Assembly: GCA_027314915.1 (NCBI GenBank)
Contig: DAHUZZ010000006.1
Location: 23,869 to 87,868 of the forward strand
DNA from: Thermoplasmata archaeon
GTDB taxonomy: Archaea > Thermoplasmatota > Thermoplasmata > Lutacidiplasmatales > UBA184
Direction of reading: 5' to 3'
Length of the DNA stretch: 64,000 nucleotides
The notes below the pieces were generated by a model. It saw only the letters and a list, made by a program, of their open reading frames with translations. It was not told where the DNA came from and made no database searches. Within the stretch, counting starts at the first letter, position 1. Each line of letters opens with the position of its first letter. Both the position numbers and the translations under genes were made by a program. Shown in pieces: positions 53,291-62,902 of this stretch.

Positions 53291-55324
53291 CTAAGGTCGG
53301 CCCGGTCCGTCCGGCGGCGGGTCCGCGGTCGGAGACCGGCGTCGTCGCAGCAGGAGGGCCGCGGAGAGCGCCACCACGGCCACGACGAGGAGGAGCGCCC
53401 AGTCGAGGGGCGCCAGGCCGAGGATCGTGGAGCCGCCGCCCCCGGTCGAGGTCCCCCCCGCGCCGGTGATCCGGACGAGGAGGGTCGCGTTGGTGGTCTT
53501 CCCGTAGAGGTCGCGGACCTCCACGTGGACCGTGAAGTTCCCGACCTCGATGTAGGTGTGGGTCGGGGCGGCGAGATCGTTCCCCGTCGAGCCGTCGCCG
53601 AAGTCCCAGAGGTAAGAGTACGGGGCCGCCCCGCCGGTGACCAGCGCGGTGAAGCTCACCGCGACCGGCGCGACGCCCGAGCTCCGGGAGGCCGTCACCG
53701 TGGCATGGACGGCCGCGATCACGGTGACGTTGGTGGAGGCGGTGCCGGTCGCCCCCGCACTGTCCTTCACGACGACCGAGACCCGGAAGGTGCCGCTGCC
53801 GGAGTAGACGTGGACCGGCTGGCCGCCGGTGCCGTTCGAACCATCGCCGAAGTTCCACGACGAGAGGTACGGCGCGGACCCGTTCGTCGTGGCGGTGCGG
53901 AACGACACCGCCTCGGGGGCCTCCCCGAGCGGCGGGGAGAAGCTGATGGTGACCGGCAGGTGCACCGTCGTGGAGGTGGACAGCACCGCCGCCAGGTGCA
54001 GCCCGTCCTCGATCGTCAGATCGACGACGTAGGCGCCCCCCGTGTTGTAGACGTGCGTGGGGTCGGGCCCGATCCCGCTCCCCAGGTCGCCGAAGGTCCA
54101 GGCGTAGGCGATGGGCGGCACCCCGCCGACCTCGGTCACGTTCGGGTGGAAGGCGAAGGGCGCGATCCCGGTCGTGTTGAACCGGTCGAAGGAGACCGAC
54201 AGCTGGTCGAACGCCCAGGTGTCGCCGTGGTACTGGAGGGGCTGGAGGCGGAACCCGCCGAAGAGGAGCACGTAGTGATCGACGGCATCGTAGGCGACGG
54301 CGGTGAGCGCCCGGGGGCCGGGGTCGTTCGCCGGGGAGATCTGCGTGAAGCTGCCGTTCGAGAAGACCCAGCTCTGGTCGAGGTCGGACGTGCTGTTCTG
54401 GCCGCAGGTGAGCAGGACGGAGCCGCTGGGCAGGGTGGCCGCGGCGAGGTACGCCTGGGGCGCCGGGAACTGGGTCGGGGAGAGCTCCGTCCACGACCCG
54501 CTCAGGAACTCCCACGTGTCGTCGAAGATCACGCCGGTGAGATTGGTGCCCCCGAACAGGACCAGCCCCTGGCTGGCGTTGTCGTAGGCCATCGCGAACT
54601 GGCTCCGGGGCGAGGGCGCGAAGCCGAGGCCGACCTGGGTCCAGGTCCCGGCCGCGTACTCCCAGGTGTCCCCGAAGGTGACGGCCCCGTTGTTCCCTCC
54701 GAAGAGGACCGCGGCGCCCGCGGCCGGATCGTAGACCAGGCTGCCCTCCATCCGGCCGGCGGGGCTGATCCCCGGATGCAGGAGCGTCCAGTTGCCGGCC
54801 TGGAACAGCCAGGTGTCGCTGTAGTAGTTGCCCGGGTACTCGAACCCGCCGAAGAGGAGGACGCCGCCGAGGGCGGGGTCGTAGGTCATCATCGCCGAGG
54901 AGCGGGCCGAGGGGGCCAGCCGCGGGGACAGCTGGGTCCAGGTCGCGTTCTGGTAGGTCCAGGTGTCGCCGAGCCAGCCGTTCCCGGCGGGATCGTACCC
55001 GCCGAACATCACCACGTAATGGTCCGCGGCATCGTAGGCGATCGCGGCCCGGTCGCGCGGCTCCGGGGTGCCCTGGACGGAGGAAGTGATGTTGAACCAG
55101 TTCTCCGAGCTCACCGACCCGGTCGCCGGGCCCACCGCCGCGGGCCGGGCCGCGGGGGGCGCGACCAAGTGGGTCACCGCGTGCGGGCCGAGCGCCGGCC
55201 CCGCGGGGGCGCCCGGGACGGCCGAGCCCGACCCCGTCCCCGGGGAAAGGAGCGCGACGACCGCGAAGAGGACGAGGAGCGTCGCGGGACCGACCCGGTG
55301 GGCACTCCGTCGGTGGGACGGCAC
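53291..55324 (-). CDS. Surface protein with a Kelch-like beta-propeller, three PKD domains and a C-terminal TM anchor
   Basis: Six YD..xLFGG..DTW repeats, three W.FGD PKD cores, signal peptide, TM followed by RRRR. The ORF-track start at 55447 overlaps the tRNA, so it was moved to the GTG at 55324. Confidence 0.85.
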   Translation of the reverse strand: MPSHRRSAHRVGPATLLVLFAVVALLSPGTGSGSAVPGAPAGPALGPHAVTHLVAPPAARPAAVGPATGSVSSENWFNITSSVQGTPEPRDRAAIAYDAADHYVVMFGGYDPAGNGWLGDTWTYQNATWTQLSPRLAPSARSSAMMTYDPALGGVLLFGGFEYPGNYYSDTWLFQAGNWTLLHPGISPAGRMEGSLVYDPAAGAAVLFGGNNGAVTFGDTWEYAAGTWTQVGLGFAPSPRSQFAMAYDNASQGLVLFGGTNLTGVIFDDTWEFLSGSWTELSPTQFPAPQAYLAAATLPSGSVLLTCGQNSTSDLDQSWVFSNGSFTQISPANDPGPRALTAVAYDAVDHYVLLFGGFRLQPLQYHGDTWAFDQLSVSFDRFNTTGIAPFAFHPNVTEVGGVPPIAYAWTFGDLGSGIGPDPTHVYNTGGAYVVDLTIEDGLHLAAVLSTSTTVHLPVTISFSPPLGEAPEAVSFRTATTNGSAPYLSSWNFGDGSNGTGGQPVHVYSGSGTFRVSVVVKDSAGATGTASTNVTVIAAVHATVTASRSSGVAPVAVSFTALVTGGAAPYSYLWDFGDGSTGNDLAAPTHTYIEVGNFTVHVEVRDLYGKTTNATLLVRITGAGGTSTGGGGSTILGLAPLDWALLLVVAVVALSAALLLRRRRSPTADPPPDGPGRP

Positions 55325-55402
55325 GAACCGTCGACCGCGGTTCCCCCTACATGTCCCTTGTGGTGCGAACGGCCCCGGCGCGGGCTCCCTCACGGGCGGG
55401 GA

Positions 55403-55477
55403 TGGGGCCGTCCGAATTTGAATCGGAGTCTCTTGCACCCCAAGCAAGAAGGATGGTCCAAGCTACCCCACGGCCCC
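55403..55477 (-). tRNA. tRNA-Pro(GGG), intron-less, CCA not encoded
   Basis: GGGGCCG acceptor stem pairs with CGGCCCC; D-arm GGGTAGCTTGGACCATCC; anticodon arm CTTGC-TTGGGGT-GCAAG; T-loop TTCAAAT. Confidence 0.93.
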
Positions 55478-55553
55478 ACGGGCGCTCCGCCCGGCGGGGA
55501 CCTTCGAGCCGACTTAAGGCTGATGCGTCGCGTCCGCCGGCCGAGCGCGCGGA

Positions 55554-55745
55554 TCAGTGAGCGGCGACCAGGAACCAGGTGGTCACGCCCGCGCCGGCGA
55601 TGATGAACGTGCAGAGGAGGGCGACCCAGAAGAACGTCCAGAGCTCGCCCGTGCCCTCCTCCGGGGTCGTGTCGTGGGGGGGACCGCCCCCGCCCGGATA
55701 GGGGGTGTAGGGGTTCTCGAACGGCGCGTGTCCGGCGGGGGTCAT
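55554..55745 (-). CDS. Small membrane protein (63 aa)
   Basis: MTPAGHAPFENPY...ELWTFFWVALLCTFIIAGAGVTTWFLVAAH, with one C-terminal TM. Confidence 0.6.
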   Translation of the reverse strand: MTPAGHAPFENPYTPYPGGGGPPHDTTPEEGTGELWTFFWVALLCTFIIAGAGVTTWFLVAAH

Positions 55746-55800
55746 CGTCCCCCCGGTCTGTCCCGCGCGCCTAAATGGGTTCCGTTCGAGCCGGGCCGGC

Positions 55801-56496
55801 TCACGCGGCGAACCACGGCAACCGGGCGGCCGGCCCGGTGGGCCGGAGGACCAGCAGGTGGAGGTTCGCGCTCGGGTCCCCCGGAGCGTAGGCGTGCCGC
55901 TGGGCCAGCTGGTACATGAGCCACAGCGCATCCTCGTCCGAGTCCGAGCCCAGGGTCGACTTGAGGTCGAGGTGGAACCGCTGCCTCAGCATCTGGAGCA
56001 TCTCCTCGAAGTCGACCTGGCCGCCGCCCTCGCCCTCGGAGCTCGCCCGCCGGAAGAGGCCCACGATGACGCCGGTCGCGATCTCGAGGAGCTCCCGGCG
56101 ATCGACCACCCCCTCGTGCCAGCGGGGCTCGCCGGCGCCCTCGTCGCGTTCGGGGAGGACCAGGATGGCGATCTCCGGATCGGCCCGGGGGGCCCGTTCC
56201 GCCCTCAGGCGCCTCCAGAGCTCCTCGGCCCGGGCCGGACTGCCCACGACGAAGATCGCCGGGCGGTTGGGGGGCGCGGTGAGGTTGAGCTCGCCGGAGC
56301 TTGGCTCCAGGATGACCGGATAGGTGCGACGCGGCACGCCGGGCTCCTGCACCCAGAAGGTGGGCGCCGGCGCAGCGGTGTCCCGGGCGCGCGGGGCCAC
56401 GCGGGAGTACCCGAGCCGGCGGAGCGCGGTCTCCGCCTCCCGGACCGCCGGCGGGGAACCCCCGGCCGACCCGGCCGGGCCCGCGCTATGGAACAT
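55801..56496 (-). CDS. Hypothetical protein
   Basis: 231-aa ATG ORF with normal codon style and an ordered C-terminal domain (AQRHAYAPGD..ANLHLL). Confidence 0.7.
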   Translation of the reverse strand: MFHSAGPAGSAGGSPPAVREAETALRRLGYSRVAPRARDTAAPAPTFWVQEPGVPRRTYPVILEPSSGELNLTAPPNRPAIFVVGSPARAEELWRRLRAERAPRADPEIAILVLPERDEGAGEPRWHEGVVDRRELLEIATGVIVGLFRRASSEGEGGGQVDFEEMLQMLRQRFHLDLKSTLGSDSDEDALWLMYQLAQRHAYAPGDPSANLHLLVLRPTGPAARLPWFAA

Positions 56497-56547
56497 GTAC
56501 CTTGGAGAGGCGGGGTCGAGATAAGCTCAGCGCCAACGCCCCGCCGG

Positions 56548-57450
56548 TCACCCGCCGAGGACCACCGCCGGATGGAGCCACAGCCCGCTCACGACCAGGA
56601 TGGAGAGGAAGGCGAGCAGGTAGATCCCGGAGTAGATGAACCCCCGTCGCGCCCGGGGCGCCGAGACCTGGCGCCACAACGGCGCCGTGAGGACCACGAA
56701 CAGGAGCCCGAGCCCCACGAGCAGCGCGCCGGCCCAGAGCGTGACGGGGCCGTAGTACCAGAGAAGGACGGTGGCCGGTACGAGGAGCGCCGCCGAGAGC
56801 ACGACCACCCGGCCGGAGTAGGCCGGGTCCTCCATGTCGGGCAGCATCGGGAGCCCTGCGGCGCGGTAGTCGTTCCTCAGGAGGAGCGCGAGCGACCAGA
56901 AGTGGGGCGGGGTCCAGAGGAAGAGGACGAGGGCGAGCGCGAGCGCGCCGGGGGTGAGGTGGCCCGTCGCCGCCGCGCTGCCCGCGAGCGCGGGGGCGCT
57001 GCCGGCGAACCCGCCGACCACGATGTTCCACGAGGAGCGGCGCTTGAGCCAGATCGTGTAGACCACGACGTAGGTGACCCCGCCCAGGAGGATCATCGCG
57101 GCCGTGAGGGGGTTCAGGGAAAGGTAGGCCCCGCCGACCCCGAGGGCGGACAGGAGGAGCCCGAGGGCGAGCACCGAGCGGCCCTCGGCGAGGCGACCGC
57201 CGGGCAGCGGCCGGTGCCGGGTGCGGTGCATGACCCGGTCGACGTCCCGGTCGAAGTAGTGGTTCAGCATCGCCGCTCCGGCGCTCGCGGCCGCCCCGCA
57301 GAGGATGAGCGCCGCCAGCGGCCGGAGCACGATCGGCATGGGGCTCGCGAGGAAGTAGCCGCCCACCCCCACCGCCACGATGAGGCCGGTGATGCCGGGC
57401 TTGGTGAGCGTGAGAAGGTCCCGGAGACGGTCGCCGACGCGCACGGACAC
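56548..57450 (-). CDS. ctaB: Protoheme IX farnesyltransferase (heme O synthase)
   Basis: LTKP, NHYFDRDVD.VM.RT..RPLP, YT.WLKR, NIVVGG, LWTPPHFW, DY.AAG.PM. Start moved to the GTG at 57450. Confidence 0.93.
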   Translation of the reverse strand: MSVRVGDRLRDLLTLTKPGITGLIVAVGVGGYFLASPMPIVLRPLAALILCGAAASAGAAMLNHYFDRDVDRVMHRTRHRPLPGGRLAEGRSVLALGLLLSALGVGGAYLSLNPLTAAMILLGGVTYVVVYTIWLKRRSSWNIVVGGFAGSAPALAGSAAATGHLTPGALALALVLFLWTPPHFWSLALLLRNDYRAAGLPMLPDMEDPAYSGRVVVLSAALLVPATVLLWYYGPVTLWAGALLVGLGLLFVVLTAPLWRQVSAPRARRGFIYSGIYLLAFLSILVVSGLWLHPAVVLGG

Positions 57451-57461
57451 CGCCCGGTCCC

Positions 57462-58082
57462 CTACGACCGCCCGGCGCCCGGACCCGGGCCCGGGATCCC
57501 CGCCGCGAGATCCCGGGCGCGGGCCGCCGGAGCGCGTCCCGGGACCGGCCGCCCCTCGGGCGAGGGGGCCCGGGGCTCCGACGGCCGGGGGGAACGCTCG
57601 CCGTCGATCGCGCTCCGCGCCCACGCCTTCCAGCGCGGCGGAAGCTCCCGGATGTTGGCGAGGAGCGCGATCAGGATCAGCAGGGCGAAGAGGACCGTGG
57701 CGATCGCGAAGTGGGCGAGCACGATGGTGACGACCAGGTCACTGTCGACGACGACGCCGCCCAGGATCGCCTCCAGCACCACGGTGACGAGCGCCGCCAG
57801 GCAGAGCCGGCGGAGCTGGGGACGGGCCGCCTCGAACAGGAGCGCGCTCACGGTGAGGGCGAGGACGAGGACGCTCAGGATGAACGCCGAGGCGCGGTGG
57901 GAGAACTCGATGGCGGCGGCGCCCGTGAGCGGCGGGATCACCTGCGAGCCCTGGCACGCCGGCCACTCCGAGCATCCGAGGCCGGCGCCGCTCGCGATGA
58001 CGTTCCCGCCGACCATGATGGTCACGTAGCAGGCCAGGAAGGCGGCGATGGAGAAGACCCGGAAGAGGGTATGCCCGCGCAC
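57462..58082 (-). CDS. ctaA: Heme A synthase (short, single-module CtaA/COX15)
   Basis: GLGCSEWPAC, EFSHR, LAHF; only four TM helices. Confidence 0.85.
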   Translation of the reverse strand: MRGHTLFRVFSIAAFLACYVTIMVGGNVIASGAGLGCSEWPACQGSQVIPPLTGAAAIEFSHRASAFILSVLVLALTVSALLFEAARPQLRRLCLAALVTVVLEAILGGVVVDSDLVVTIVLAHFAIATVLFALLILIALLANIRELPPRWKAWARSAIDGERSPRPSEPRAPSPEGRPVPGRAPAARARDLAAGIPGPGPGAGRS

Positions 58083-58100
58083 GGCCGACCGCCCCCGGGA

Positions 58101-59786
58101 CTACGCCGTCCCCTCCGGCGCGCTCGCGTTCACCGCGGGCACCGGGGTCGGGGCGGGCCGCGGCGCGGCGGGGCCGAGGAAGGTGCTCGGCAGCGGCTCC
58201 CCCCACGGGTCGGGCACCGTCACGCGCTTCCCCGCGTAGTAGCTGTAGACCATGTTGTAGACGAAGACGAGCTGGCCGATCCCGAAGATGTAGGCCCCGA
58301 GCGTCGACAGCAGGTTCAGGAACTGGAAGGAGGGGGTCGGGATGTAGGTGAACACCCGGCGCGGCATCCCCATCGCCCCCAGGATGAACATCGGGAAGAG
58401 GAGCAGGTTCACCCCGACGTAGGTGAGCAGGAAGTGGACCTGCGCGGCGGTCTGGTTGTACCAGCGGCCCGTCCAGATCGGGAAGTAGAAGTACATCGCC
58501 GCGAAGATGGCGAGCACCGTCCCGCCCAGGATGATGTAGTGGAAGTGGGCGACGACGAAGTACGTCGCGTGGTAGAGGTAGTCGATGGGGATCGAGGCGA
58601 GCATCAGCCCCGAGAGGCCGCCGATGACGAAGCCGGTGATGAAGGCGAGGCAGAACCACATCGGCGTGGCCATCCAGATCTTCCCGCCCCAGAGCGTCGC
58701 GACCCAGTTGAACGTCTTCACCGCCGACGGGACCGCGATGGCCATGGTGGTGAGCATGAAGACGAACCGGACGTTGGTGGAGATGCCGGTGACGAACATG
58801 TGGTGCTCCCAGACGGCGAAGGAGAGCACCGCGAAGACCCCGAGGGCGATGGTCATCGCCGCGTACCCGAAGATGTCCTTGCGCGCGAGCTTCGGCAGGA
58901 TCGTCGAGATGAGCCCGAAGGCCGGCAGGACCATCACGTAGACCTCGGGATGCGCGAAGAACCAGAACATGTTCTGGTAGAGCAGCGCGCCCCCGAGCGG
59001 CGTCCCGTTCGCGGCCGCCAGGAGGTGCGTGCCGAAGTTGCGGTCGGAGAGGATCATCGTGAGCGCGATGGAGAGCGAGGGGAGGGCGAAGAGCAGGAGG
59101 ATCGCGTTGATGAACGTCGACCAGACGAACAGGGGCATGTTCCAGTAGTGCACCCCCGGCGCGCGGTGCTTCATGATCGTGACCAGGAAGTTGATCGAGC
59201 CCAGCATCGAGCTCGCCGACAGGATGTGGAGCCCGAGGATCCACAGGTCGACCCCGTGGGGGTTCGAGGGATCGATCTGGAGCGAGAGCGGCACGTAGCC
59301 GGTCCACCCGGCCGAGGCGCCGGAGAGGATGAGAAGGATCCCGGCCGGAGGGATCATCCAGAAGGCGATGGCGTTGATCCGGGGGAGCGCCATCTCCTTC
59401 GATCCGATCATCGAGGGGACGAGGAAGTTCCCGAACCCGGCGAGGACCGGCATGACGAACATGAAGATCATGAGCGTCCCGTGCAACGTGAACAGCGTCG
59501 AGTACGTCGCCGGGTCGATGCCGAGGGTCGTCTGGGGGCTCAGCCCGAGCCCCTGGATGACGCCCAGGTCGGTGCGGATGAGCGAGGCGTAGATCCCGCC
59601 GATGAAGAAGAAGATGAACCCGGTGACGATGTACATCACGCCGATCCGCCGGTGGTCGGTCGTGAACAGCCACCGGCCGGCGACCCGGACGAACCAGGTG
59701 CCCCGCTTCTCAAGGAAGTACAGGACGATCCCCGCCCCGACGAGCACCGCGGCGATCTCGAGGAGCGCGAGGGTCACTTCGTCCAT
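58101..59786 (-). CDS. coxA: Heme-copper oxidase subunit I (A-type, aa3-like)
   Basis: [35 protein letters not shown]: all six His ligands plus the cross-linked Tyr. Confidence 0.95.
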   Translation of the reverse strand: MDEVTLALLEIAAVLVGAGIVLYFLEKRGTWFVRVAGRWLFTTDHRRIGVMYIVTGFIFFFIGGIYASLIRTDLGVIQGLGLSPQTTLGIDPATYSTLFTLHGTLMIFMFVMPVLAGFGNFLVPSMIGSKEMALPRINAIAFWMIPPAGILLILSGASAGWTGYVPLSLQIDPSNPHGVDLWILGLHILSASSMLGSINFLVTIMKHRAPGVHYWNMPLFVWSTFINAILLLFALPSLSIALTMILSDRNFGTHLLAAANGTPLGGALLYQNMFWFFAHPEVYVMVLPAFGLISTILPKLARKDIFGYAAMTIALGVFAVLSFAVWEHHMFVTGISTNVRFVFMLTTMAIAVPSAVKTFNWVATLWGGKIWMATPMWFCLAFITGFVIGGLSGLMLASIPIDYLYHATYFVVAHFHYIILGGTVLAIFAAMYFYFPIWTGRWYNQTAAQVHFLLTYVGVNLLLFPMFILGAMGMPRRVFTYIPTPSFQFLNLLSTLGAYIFGIGQLVFVYNMVYSYYAGKRVTVPDPWGEPLPSTFLGPAAPRPAPTPVPAVNASAPEGTA

Positions 59787-59804
59787 GCTGCTTCTCCGCC
59801 CTTC

Positions 59805-60197
59805 CTAGCCCGTGAGCAGGGTGGCGAGGATGTAGGCGATGGCGAAGGCGACGGCGGCCACGACGCAGATCCGGAGCACGTAGACCATCCGCGCGGGCGT
59901 CACGACGTTCGGCGGAGAGGGGTGGAACCGCCGCCCGAGGGGCCACTCGCGGTAGCTCCGGTCCACGACGTGGACGAGGAGCGCGGCGAGCAGGAAGAGG
60001 AGCGCGAGCGCGTACCCGAGCGAGCTCTCGACGCCCGGGCCCACCAGCGGCCCGAGGGCGAGGACGTAGGCGACCAGGATCCCGATCGCGACGATGCAGA
60101 TCACCACGACGGCGAAGTAGACGTTGAGCGTCTCGTTCTGGAGGCGGGCGAGCTCCGGCGGACTCACGTCGACGACGACGGGGGCCTCGTCACTCAA
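59805..60197 (-). CDS. Small membrane protein (3 TM) in the respiratory operon
   Basis: Hydrophobic 130-aa ORF overlapping the upstream gene and 18 nt from coxA. Confidence 0.7.
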   Translation of the reverse strand: MSDEAPVVVDVSPPELARLQNETLNVYFAVVVICIVAIGILVAYVLALGPLVGPGVESSLGYALALLFLLAALLVHVVDRSYREWPLGRRFHPSPPNVVTPARMVYVLRICVVAAVAFAIAYILATLLTG

Positions 60198-60462
60198 AGA
60201 GATCGATCCTCCGGTGGGGCGTCCCGCGGAGCCGGTCGATCCGGTAGAGGATCCCGGCGACCAGGAGGATGAGGTAGAGCACGGCGAGCGCCGCGAGGAC
60301 CATGATGGCCAGGTCGACGAAGGGAGGGCCGTTCCCGACGAACCCCACGAAGCCGTAGGCGAAGAAGGCGCAGGCGACGCTGCCGAGCGCGAGGAGGAGG
60401 GTGAGCACGCCCCAGATCACCCCGGTCCGGTACCGCGGTCCCGGCGCCGTCCCGCCGCTCAT
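60190..60462 (-). CDS. Small membrane protein (2 TM) in the respiratory operon
   Basis: 90 aa, ATGA overlap with cytochrome b. Confidence 0.7.
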   Translation of the reverse strand: MSGGTAPGPRYRTGVIWGVLTLLLALGSVACAFFAYGFVGFVGNGPPFVDLAIMVLAALAVLYLILLVAGILYRIDRLRGTPHRRIDLFE

Positions 60463-61862
60463 CCGCCCTCCCCCGGCGCGCCGGCGCCCGGGGCGGCCCG
60501 CGACGCGGGGAGCCCCCCCGCCGCGCCCACCGGGACGGCCGGTCCCGTCGGCCCGGCCGGGCCGGTCGCGCCGTAGACGCCGGGGAGGCGGAGCGCCCGC
60601 TCCCGGGACTCGAGCCGCGCCTGGTAGCTACGCTGGTAGCGGAGGTAGAACAGCGCGACCACGATCGCGTTCAGGGCCAGCACGGGCGCGAACCGGAAGG
60701 CCACCTGCGCCGGCGAGATCTGGATCCCGGGCGTGAGCCCGCCCCAGACCGTCGTGAGGATGAAGAAGGCGAGGAGGCTGTTGCCCAGGAAGAGGAAGAT
60801 CGGACGGTCCCGCGGGTGGGTCCGGGGGGACCGGTCGAGGAACGGCAGGAAGAGGAAGTACAGGATCAGGACCGTCGAGAAGCCGATGACCGCGACCGGG
60901 GTGAGACCGGTGAAATCGACGATCTTGAACGTCCAGAGGAAGTACCAGTCGGGCTCGGTCACCACCCCCGCGGCGCTCAGGTCGCCGACGTAGGTGGGCA
61001 GCTGCCACGGCCAGAGGGCCGCGATGCCGAGGAGGAGCCCGACATAGAGGAGCGCCCACTTGGTCATGTAGAAGAAGATGTGCGGCCAGAACGGGACCCC
61101 CTTCTTGTCCTCCTTCTCGGTCCAACGTCGCCGCTGCGTGGGATCGGAGGTGGCGGGCGGCGCGATCCCGTGCGACTCGAACAGCGCGATGTGGGCGTAG
61201 AGCAGCGCGCCGAGCGCGAGCGGGATGAGGAGGACGTGCGCGGCGAACATCCGGCTGAGCAGCCCCTGGCCGGTGCCGTCGGCGAGCAGGAAGGGGCCGA
61301 TCAGCGGACCGACCGTGGGGAGCCGCAGCGCGAGCACGAGCCCGACCTGCGTCGCGTTGTAGGAGAGCTGGGTGTAGGGCAGGAGGTAGCCGGTGAAGCC
61401 CATGCCGAGGGTCAGCATCATCATCAGCGTGCCGACCATCCAGCTGAATTCGCGGGGCTTCTTGTACACCCCGAGGTAGTACTGCCGGTAGAAGTGCACC
61501 AGCATCAGGAAGATCATCGCGTAGGCGCCGTAGAGGTGGCTCGAGAGCAGGAGCGAGCCCATCGGGAGCGAGTTGATGATGTAGTAGGTGCTGCACCAGG
61601 CGGCCGGCGACGTCGAGAGCGCGCCCGCGGCCTGGCCGCAGCTCGTGAGCGTGAACGCGGTGCTGGGCTGGTAGTACAGGAGCAGGAGGAGCCCCGAGAC
61701 CACCTGGTAGAGGAAGGCGTTGACGACGAAGGCGCCGGTCCAGTAGGAGGGCTTGAAGGTGAACTCCGGCTGCGGACGGAGCGCCCACTTGGGGATCCCG
61801 GCCCGTTCCTCGATGAACCCCCAGACGCGGTTGAGCGATCGGTTGAAGGTCCGCTCGAACAC
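60459..61862 (-). CDS. petB: Cytochrome b of a Rieske/cytochrome b complex (b plus subunit IV fused)
   Basis: Heme ligand pairs HLYGAYAMIFLMLVH and HVLLIPLALGALLYAH, GFTGYLLP, Qo motif PDWY. Confidence 0.92.
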   Translation of the reverse strand: MFERTFNRSLNRVWGFIEERAGIPKWALRPQPEFTFKPSYWTGAFVVNAFLYQVVSGLLLLLYYQPSTAFTLTSCGQAAGALSTSPAAWCSTYYIINSLPMGSLLLSSHLYGAYAMIFLMLVHFYRQYYLGVYKKPREFSWMVGTLMMMLTLGMGFTGYLLPYTQLSYNATQVGLVLALRLPTVGPLIGPFLLADGTGQGLLSRMFAAHVLLIPLALGALLYAHIALFESHGIAPPATSDPTQRRRWTEKEDKKGVPFWPHIFFYMTKWALLYVGLLLGIAALWPWQLPTYVGDLSAAGVVTEPDWYFLWTFKIVDFTGLTPVAVIGFSTVLILYFLFLPFLDRSPRTHPRDRPIFLFLGNSLLAFFILTTVWGGLTPGIQISPAQVAFRFAPVLALNAIVVALFYLRYQRSYQARLESRERALRLPGVYGATGPAGPTGPAVPVGAAGGLPASRAAPGAGAPGEGG

Positions 61863-61871
61863 CCGTCCCCC

Positions 61872-62720
61872 TCAGGCGATGTTGCAGGCCACGATCGGCG
61901 ACTGCTTGGAGAGCTGGCTCGAGTTGCCGACGCCGTAGGAGCCCTGGAGCGTGTCCAGGTGCCCGTTCACCGGCGGACCGATCTCGTTGACCGCGTAGAT
62001 CGTGTCGTCGGTGGTGTCGTGCTCCAGGATGACCTGCGGCAGCGGGAGGACGGCCGGACCGGTCAGGTTCGCCGCCCGGTCCGCCGCATTGTAGGTCGAG
62101 CCGTGGCACGTGCAATGGATGTAGAAGTCGAGCGAGCCGCCGTTGAACGTCTGCGGGCAGGTCCCGGGCGGGTAGTAGGAGATGTTGGGCGCGGGGCATC
62201 CCAGGTGCTGGCAGATCGCGCTGTAGGCCACGATCGAGCCCTGGGGACCGATCCCGTTCGGCACGTTGGTGGCGCCGCCGCTCCCGCCCGCCGGGGGGGC
62301 GAGGTTCAGCAGGAAGTTCGGCTCGTCGGTGAGCGGGTAGTTGAAGGTGATGACCTCGTGGGTCGTCAGGTTGTACTCCGACAGGACCTTCGTCACGGTG
62401 AGCGGCGAACCGTCGAGGTCGAGGAGCTGGACCTTGGGGTAGCCCGCGAGCCCGACGAGCGGCGGCTTCGAGACGTACTGCAGCGAGGCGCCCACGATGC
62501 CCCCGCCGGCCGCCCCGACGACGCCCGCGAGGACGGCGAGCTTGAGCATGTTGCGCTTGGTCTCGTCCACCTCGTTCGAGGAATGGCCCCCCGCGGTGCC
62601 GGCCGCGAGCCGTTCCGCGGGCACCCGACCGACGCGGTAGGTCTGCCCCACGGGGAAGCGCGCGATCGACCGGATGTCGAAGGGCACCGGGCAGTTGCCC
62701 GAGCAGGTCCGGCCCATCAC
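61872..62720 (-). CDS. Rieske [2Fe-2S] protein
   Basis: CQHLGC and CTCHGS boxes, GPA..PLP, N-terminal Tat-like KRNMLK followed by a TM helix. Confidence 0.93.
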   Translation of the reverse strand: MMGRTCSGNCPVPFDIRSIARFPVGQTYRVGRVPAERLAAGTAGGHSSNEVDETKRNMLKLAVLAGVVGAAGGGIVGASLQYVSKPPLVGLAGYPKVQLLDLDGSPLTVTKVLSEYNLTTHEVITFNYPLTDEPNFLLNLAPPAGGSGGATNVPNGIGPQGSIVAYSAICQHLGCPAPNISYYPPGTCPQTFNGGSLDFYIHCTCHGSTYNAADRAANLTGPAVLPLPQVILEHDTTDDTIYAVNEIGPPVNGHLDTLQGSYGVGNSSQLSKQSPIVACNIA

Positions 62721-62902
62721 CGGAGCGTCCTCCCCTCGACCGGGTAGTGGTAGTCGTCCGGCTCGGCCGGGTCCGGGATGGGCGCGGTCCCGGGCAGCTC
62801 GGCCCGGTCGCTGTTGTAGAAGGCCGCCCAGGTGATCCCCACCCCGAGCAGCATCACCAGGATCTCGACCAGCGTGATCTGGTCATCGATGGAGAGGCTC
62901 AT
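62717..62902 (-). CDS. Small single-TM protein coupled to the Rieske gene
   Basis: MSLSIDDQITLVEILVMLLGVGITWAAFY...; ATGA overlap with tatA and GTGA overlap with the Rieske gene. Confidence 0.6.
   Translation of the reverse strand: MSLSIDDQITLVEILVMLLGVGITWAAFYNSDRAELPGTAPIPDPAEPDDYHYPVEGRTLR

Noticed and set aside
55325-55447. ORF-track N-terminal extension of the Kelch/PKD protein
   Set aside because: It overlaps tRNA-Pro(GGG). The signal peptide starts after the GTG at 55324.
53280-55477. tRNA-Pro as an integration site with att duplication
   Set aside because: No second copy of the tRNA 3' end and no integrase were seen in the window.
52880-55603. 907-aa plus-strand ORF
   Set aside because: Antisense shadow of the Kelch/PKD gene that runs across a tRNA.
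55801-56496. Possible restriction-endonuclease-like (PD-D/ExK) fold
   Set aside because: Only the LRRLGY segment is suggestive, and no catalytic motif could be identified.
57711-60272. 853-aa plus-strand ORF
   Set aside because: Antisense shadow of coxA with the typical His/Glu/Asp/Arg-rich mirror composition.
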